Source: an uncultured Acidobacteriota bacterium
GTDB taxonomy: Bacteria > Acidobacteriota > Vicinamibacteria > Vicinamibacterales > SCN-69-37
NCBI GenBank assembly: GCA_963738485.1
Contig: CAVTWK010000002.1
Span: forward strand, 234,869 to 298,868
Length of the DNA stretch: 64,000 nucleotides
Direction of reading: 5' to 3'
The notes under the pieces are model-generated. The model was not told where the DNA came from and ran no database searches. It worked only from the letters and a program-made list of their open reading frames with translations. Of this stretch, positions 59,494-64,000 are shown piece by piece. Both the position numbers and the translations under genes were made by a program. Position 1 is the first letter of the stretch. The number at the start of each line of letters is the position of its first letter.

Positions 59494-60309
59494 ATGTCGT
59501 TACATCCCCTGCTTGACTGCCAGAACATCACGGTCTACCGAGGCGACACCCTGGCGCTCGACCGACTCAGCTTGCGGGTCGGCGTCGGCGAACACGTTGC
59601 GATTCTGGGACCGAACGGCTGCGGCAAGTCCACGCTGATCAAGACCCTCACTCGCGAGTGTTATCCCAGGGCCACCAGCCAGGCGCACCTGCGCATTCTG
59701 GGTCGCGAGGCCTGGGACGTCGCGACGCTTCGCGCCTTGCTCGGGATCGTCACCAACGACCTCGTCGCGCAGTGCGCGGGCGGGATGTCGAGCGACTTCG
59801 CGGAACTGCCGCGTCGCGTCACCGGTCGCGAGACGATCCTCTCCGGGTTCTTCTCGAGCATTGGCGTCTGGGCCCATCACGAGGTGACCGCGGCCATGCA
59901 GCAGAAGGTCGAGGCGATTCTCGACAGGCTCGGGATCGCGCACCTGGCAGACCGGCCCCTCCACGAGTTGTCGTCGGGGGAGGCGCGACGCCTGGTGATC
60001 GGTCGTGCCCTCGTGCACGATCCGGTCGCCCTGGTCCTCGACGAGGTCAGCAACAGCCTCGACCTCCGGGCCGCGCACGATCTGCGCGAGTTCGTCAGGG
60101 TCATCGCCCGCGCGGGGACCACCGTCGTGCTCGTGACCCACCACCTGCCCGACATCATTCCGGAGATCGACCGCGTGCTGCTCATGCAGCGCGGTCGTGT
60201 CGTCGCCGACGGGTCCAAGGCCGAGATCCTGACTTCGGAGGCGCTGTCGTCGCTCTTTGGTGTGCGCGTGGACGTCGCCGAACGGGACGGCTGCTTTCAT
60301 GCCTGGTGA
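59494..60309 (+). CDS. ABC transporter ATP-binding protein (stand-alone, ModF/YlmA-like)
   Basis: Walker A GPNGCGKST, signature LSSGEARR, Walker B LVLDEV, and an H-loop THH. Confidence 0.85.
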   Translation: MSLHPLLDCQNITVYRGDTLALDRLSLRVGVGEHVAILGPNGCGKSTLIKTLTRECYPRATSQAHLRILGREAWDVATLRALLGIVTNDLVAQCAGGMSSDFAELPRRVTGRETILSGFFSSIGVWAHHEVTAAMQQKVEAILDRLGIAHLADRPLHELSSGEARRLVIGRALVHDPVALVLDEVSNSLDLRAAHDLREFVRVIARAGTTVVLVTHHLPDIIPEIDRVLLMQRGRVVADGSKAEILTSEALSSLFGVRVDVAERDGCFHAW

Positions 60310-60327
60310 AGGAGAACACGTCCGCCG

Positions 60328-60981
60328 ATGAGCCCCTATTTCGTCCACGTCGGCTACGTGCTTACGCTGGCCGCCTTCGTCACCCGCGATGTGCTGCTGC
60401 TGCGCGGTCTTCTGGTCTGTGCGCAGCTGATCGTCACCATGTATGCATGGAGCATCGGCGCCTTGCCGATCGCGTCCTGGAACGGTCTGTTCGCCGTCAT
60501 CAACACCGGATGGGTGGTCAGGATTCTCCGCGAACGGCGTGCCGTGGTCCTGCCGCCCGACCTGCGTGATCTGCATGCCCGTCACTTCGCCGTGCTCACC
60601 CCGCCGGAGTTCCTGCGCTGGTGGACCCTCGCCGAGCGAAAGACCGTGCGCGACGTGGTGCTCGCCTCCGAAGGGGTCGCGCCGGACGCCCTGTATTTCG
60701 TGCTTCGCGGCCAGGTCCAGGTGCGCCAGCGCGGTGTCGTGATTGCCGAGCTGCCGACGGGCTTCTTCGTGGCCGAGATGAGCTTGCTGACCGGGGAACT
60801 CCCGTCCGCTGACGCCGTGGCCGACGGCGAGATCGAGGTGATGCGCTGGCCGGTCCAGCAGATGCGCGACCTGCGGCAGCGCAACCCGCTGCTCTGGACC
60901 AAGCTCCAGTCGATCCTGGGGCACGACCTGGTCGAGAAGCTCAAGCGCAGCGCCACGCGGCAGGTCCATCCGGCCATCTGA
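60328..60981 (+). CDS. membrane protein with a C-terminal cyclic-nucleotide-binding domain
   Basis: Three N-terminal hydrophobic helices are followed by LYFVLRGQVQV...GFFVAEMSLLTGELPSADAVA, a cNMP-binding fold. Confidence 0.75.
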   Translation: MSPYFVHVGYVLTLAAFVTRDVLLLRGLLVCAQLIVTMYAWSIGALPIASWNGLFAVINTGWVVRILRERRAVVLPPDLRDLHARHFAVLTPPEFLRWWTLAERKTVRDVVLASEGVAPDALYFVLRGQVQVRQRGVVIAELPTGFFVAEMSLLTGELPSADAVADGEIEVMRWPVQQMRDLRQRNPLLWTKLQSILGHDLVEKLKRSATRQVHPAI

Positions 60982-61078
60982 GGCGCCCTCTCTCTCGATG
61001 GCGCGCCGTTCGGAGTAGAATCGCGCCGCCCGCCGGGCGTGCCGGCCCGCTCCAGCGTCTGGATCGGGGGCGCCCGAC

Positions 61079-62002
61079 GTGCCGGAGCTGATGATGCGTC
61101 GATTGCTGAAGTTCGCGGCCTGGGTCGTGGCGATCCTGCTCGGCCTCGTGGCCTTGGCGGCACTCGTGGTCTATCTGGGCGTCAACCGGATGCTCGCGGC
61201 CACGGTCACCGTGCCCGTCCCCGTCGAACCGATTGTCATTCCCACGGGGGACCCGGCGGCTCTGGCCCGCGGGCAGTACCTCGTCGACCACGTGATGGGC
61301 TGCAAGGTATGCCATGCGCCGGACTTCGGAGGGCGAGCCGAGGTCGATGACGCGCTGGTGGGGCGTCTATGGGCGCCCAACCTGACGTTGGGCCAGGGCT
61401 CGGCGACGCGGAACTACACACCCGTGGATTGGACCCGATCGATCCGCCACGGCGTCGGGACTGACGGCCGTCGCCTGATCCTGATGCCGAGCGAGGACTA
61501 CTTCGGGTTCAGCAACGAGGATCTCGCCGCCGTGGTCGCCTACGTCACGTCGATGCCGCCCGTCGATCGCCACGACGAGGGCATCAAGGTCGGGCCGCTC
61601 GGACGCGTGTTGCTGTATACCGAACAGATCCGGTTCGCGTTCGACACCATCGACCACACCCGTTCACGTTCCGGGGCCAAGCCGTCGGCGGCGGCCGAGT
61701 GGGGCGCCGTGATGATCGGCGCCTGCATGGGGTGCCACGGTCCGACGCTGTCAGGCGGCCCGATTCCCGGAGCGCCTCCCGACTGGCCCCCAGCGCGCAA
61801 CCTCACGCGGCACGAAACAGGCCTGCGCGGCTGGACGTACGCGCAGTTCTCGCAGGCGATCCGGGAGGGACGACGCCCGGACGGGACCATGCTTTCGACC
61901 GTGATGCCCTGGAAGGCGTACGCCGGCATGACCGACCCGGATGTACAGGCCCTCTGGGCCTACCTCCAGACCGTCGAGCCCCAGCCGCTCGGCGGACGGT
62001 AG
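61079..62002 (+). CDS. membrane-anchored dihaem c-type cytochrome
   Basis: TM anchor, plus two CxxCH motifs (GCKVCH and GCMGCH). Confidence 0.8.
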   Translation: MPELMMRRLLKFAAWVVAILLGLVALAALVVYLGVNRMLAATVTVPVPVEPIVIPTGDPAALARGQYLVDHVMGCKVCHAPDFGGRAEVDDALVGRLWAPNLTLGQGSATRNYTPVDWTRSIRHGVGTDGRRLILMPSEDYFGFSNEDLAAVVAYVTSMPPVDRHDEGIKVGPLGRVLLYTEQIRFAFDTIDHTRSRSGAKPSAAAEWGAVMIGACMGCHGPTLSGGPIPGAPPDWPPARNLTRHETGLRGWTYAQFSQAIREGRRPDGTMLSTVMPWKAYAGMTDPDVQALWAYLQTVEPQPLGGR

Positions 62003-62004
62003 GA

Positions 62005-62330
62005 GGGCAGGGCACGGCACGGACAGTGACGTGCGGGAGTGAAGGGCACAGCACGCACATCATGAGGTGCTGGTGCTGACAGTGATGTGCCGGAGTGACG
62101 GGCACCTGAGGTGCACACGGACGGTGACGTGCAGGGAGTGACGGGCACCTGAGGTGCACACGGATTGGACCTGGGCGTCAGTGCCGGGACTTCGCCGAGC
62201 GCAGCGAGGTACCGGGACTTGAGCGTCAGTTCCGGGACTTCTGCTGAGCGAAGCGAAGCACCGGGACTTGGGCGTCAGTCCCGGGACTTCGCCGAGCGCA
62301 GCGAGCCCCCGGGACTTCGCCCCCCGTGAG
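62005..62330 (+). repeat. composite repeat block: GGAGTGACGGGCACCTGAGGTGCACACGGA x2 (perfect, 43-nt register), then three CCGGGACTT-module units including a 36-bp repeat with 1 mismatch
   Basis: 30-mers at 62092-62121 and 62135-62164. GGGCGTCAGT[GC]CCGGGACTTCGCCGAGCGCAGCGAG at 62173-62208 and 62270-62305. Confidence 0.9.
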
Positions 62331-62381
62331 CGTCTGAGCAGGCCACCCCCCTCCTGGGGTACGATCGGCGCTGGCCCTGCG

Positions 62382-63470
62382 ATGTTGCACCAGACCGACG
62401 ACCTCCGAATCCGCCAGCTGAAGCCCCTGATTTCGCCTGCCATCCTGATGGAGGAGATCCCCATCTCGGATGCCGTGTCGGCCCTCGTCGCGTCGCGGCG
62501 TGAGGAGATCGGGCGCATCCTCCGCGGTGAGGACGACCGTCTGCTGGTGGTGGTCGGCCCCTGCTCCCTCCACGACCCGGATGCGGGCCTCGAGTACGCT
62601 CGCCGGCTCGCGGCCCTGGCGGATCGCTTCCGCGACGACCTGGTGATCGTCATGCGGGTCTACTTCGAGAAGCCGCGAACGATCGTCGGGTGGAAGGGCC
62701 TCATCAACGACCCGCGGCTCGATGGCAGCTTCGCCATCAACGAAGGACTCCGCGTGGCGCGGCGGTTTCTCCTCGACGTGAATGCGCTCGGGCTGCCTGC
62801 CGGCACCGAGTTCGTCGATCCGATCACGCCGCAGTTCCTGGCCGATCTGGTGACCTGGGGCGCCATCGGTGCGCGGACCTCGGAGAGCCAGGTCCACCGC
62901 GAGCTGGCCTCAGGCCTGTCCATGCCGGTCGGATTCAAGAACGGCACGGACGGCACCGTCCAGGTGGCCATCGACGCGGTGCGGTCCGCCGCGCACCCGC
63001 ATCAGTTCCTGTCGGTGACCAAACAGAGCGTCGCGGCGATTGTGGCCACCAACGGCAATCCCGAGTGTCACGTCATTTTGCGTGGCGGGGCGAGCGGCCC
63101 GAACTTCTCCGCCGATCACATCGCGGGCGTGACGCGTGAGCTGACCAAGGCTGGGTTGGCGCCCCGGTTGATGGTGGACTGCAGCCACGCCAACAGCGGC
63201 AAGGACCCGGCCAGGCAACCAGCCGTGCTGGCCGCACTGGCCACCGGCCTCGAGCAGGGCAGCACGTCCGTGTTCGGCGTGATGCTGGAGAGCTTCCTGG
63301 TCGCCGGGAAGCAGGACGTGGTGCCCGGCACACCGCTGGCCTACGGCCAGAGCATCACGGACGGATGCCTCGACTGGGAGACCACCGTGCCGCTCATCGC
63401 GCAGTTGGCCGCGGCCGCCCGAGCGCGCCGCGGCGTGCTGGCAGGGGCCGCAGGTCTCACGCCGCGCTGA
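62382..63470 (+). CDS. aroG: 3-deoxy-7-phosphoheptulonate (DAHP) synthase, class I
   Basis: IVMRVYFEKPRTIVGWKGLINDP, GLPAGTEFVDP, GARTSESQVHRELASGLSMPVGFKNGTDG, and DCSHANS. Confidence 0.95.
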   Translation: MLHQTDDLRIRQLKPLISPAILMEEIPISDAVSALVASRREEIGRILRGEDDRLLVVVGPCSLHDPDAGLEYARRLAALADRFRDDLVIVMRVYFEKPRTIVGWKGLINDPRLDGSFAINEGLRVARRFLLDVNALGLPAGTEFVDPITPQFLADLVTWGAIGARTSESQVHRELASGLSMPVGFKNGTDGTVQVAIDAVRSAAHPHQFLSVTKQSVAAIVATNGNPECHVILRGGASGPNFSADHIAGVTRELTKAGLAPRLMVDCSHANSGKDPARQPAVLAALATGLEQGSTSVFGVMLESFLVAGKQDVVPGTPLAYGQSITDGCLDWETTVPLIAQLAAAARARRGVLAGAAGLTPR

Positions 63471-64000
63471 GCCGGCGCGCGATGGCCTCCCCCGCGACGC
63501 GTCCGGTGGCCCAGGCCCACTGAAAATTGAAGCCGCCCAGGCGGCCGTCCACGTCCAGGACCTCGCCGACGAGAAACAGACCGGGACAGCGCCGCGATTC
63601 CATCGACCCGGTGTCGACCTCGTCCAGCGGAATGCCGCCGGCGGTGACCTCTGCATAGCTGTAGCCACGCGAGTCACGGACGTCGAACGGCCAGTCGAGC
63701 AGCGCGTGCAGCAAGGCGCGACGAGACGCGCGCGTCAACGTCGCGAGCCGGGTCGCCGGCGTGGTCCCGGCCCCTTCGGACAGCGCGCCGGCGGTGGAGG
63801 CCGGCACGTGCGCCGCGAGCGTCTGTCCGACGGTGGTCATGGGTTTCTCCCGCGCCACCGCGAGCCATCCCTGTTCCACCGCGTCGAACGAGGCTCCAGG
63901 TGCGAAGCTGGCCGACAGCGTGACCGGCTGGCCCTCGAGTCGCGCACGCAGCCAGTGGCGCGAGGCGTCGAGCACGGCGGGCCCGCTCACCCCGAAATGC
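63457..64000 (-). CDS. HI0933/YhiN-like flavoprotein (aminoacetone-oxidase family), C-terminal part; 5' end beyond the window
   Basis: AEVTAGGIPLDEVDTGSMESRRCPGLFLVGEVLDVDGRLGGFNFQWAWATG. The 3' end overlaps the aroG 3' end by 14 nt. Confidence 0.75.
   Translation of the reverse strand, partial: HFGVSGPAVLDASRHWLRARLEGQPVTLSASFAPGASFDAVEQGWLAVAREKPMTTVGQTLAAHVPASTAGALSEGAGTTPATRLATLTRASRRALLHALLDWPFDVRDSRGYSYAEVTAGGIPLDEVDTGSMESRRCPGLFLVGEVLDVDGRLGGFNFQWAWATGRVAGEAIARRLSAA

Overview
This is a 64-kb, visibly high-G+C chromosomal segment (about two thirds G+C by eye, not computed). I can support about 55 protein-coding genes. I recognised no rRNA, tRNA, cas, transposase or integrase genes. The gene content looks Acidobacteriota-like, which is inference only: two ADOP/MacB-type FtsX permeases, a CarboxypepD_reg-type TonB-dependent receptor, a PEP-CTERM protein, a VWA protein, and an ECF sigma factor coupled to a Ser/Thr kinase.

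The main functional block is an 11-kb sulfate-to-cysteine supercluster at 12.2-23.4 kb. It contains tauE-cysD-cysN-cysH, then a 1.2-kb repeat-filled insert, then CysM fused to a JAMM protease, a CysO-like ubiquitin-fold sulfur carrier fused to a MoeZ-type E1-rhodanese, siroheme genes and sulfite reductase.

Other modules:
- a Phd-like antitoxin with a zeta-like toxin, next to an orphan extended RHH protein (46-47.7 kb)
- a membrane-anchored RNase-A-like toxin with a CdiI-like immunity protein (58.5-59.4 kb)
- an ECF sigma factor translationally coupled to a Ser/Thr kinase that carries a large polytopic membrane domain (48-50.9 kb)

Two window-wide patterns stand out.
1. About half of the intergenic gaps longer than 150 bp are filled with modular short-word repeat arrays. 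Some form long imperfect palindromes, and some share modules between loci.
2. At least 17 single-nucleotide frame disruptions interrupt otherwise well-conserved genes. Five of them fall in one S9 peptidase gene. This argues for an indel-prone assembly and means every apparent gene fusion here needs read-level confirmation.

All calls come from reading the ORF translations and the sequence by eye. No database search was run.
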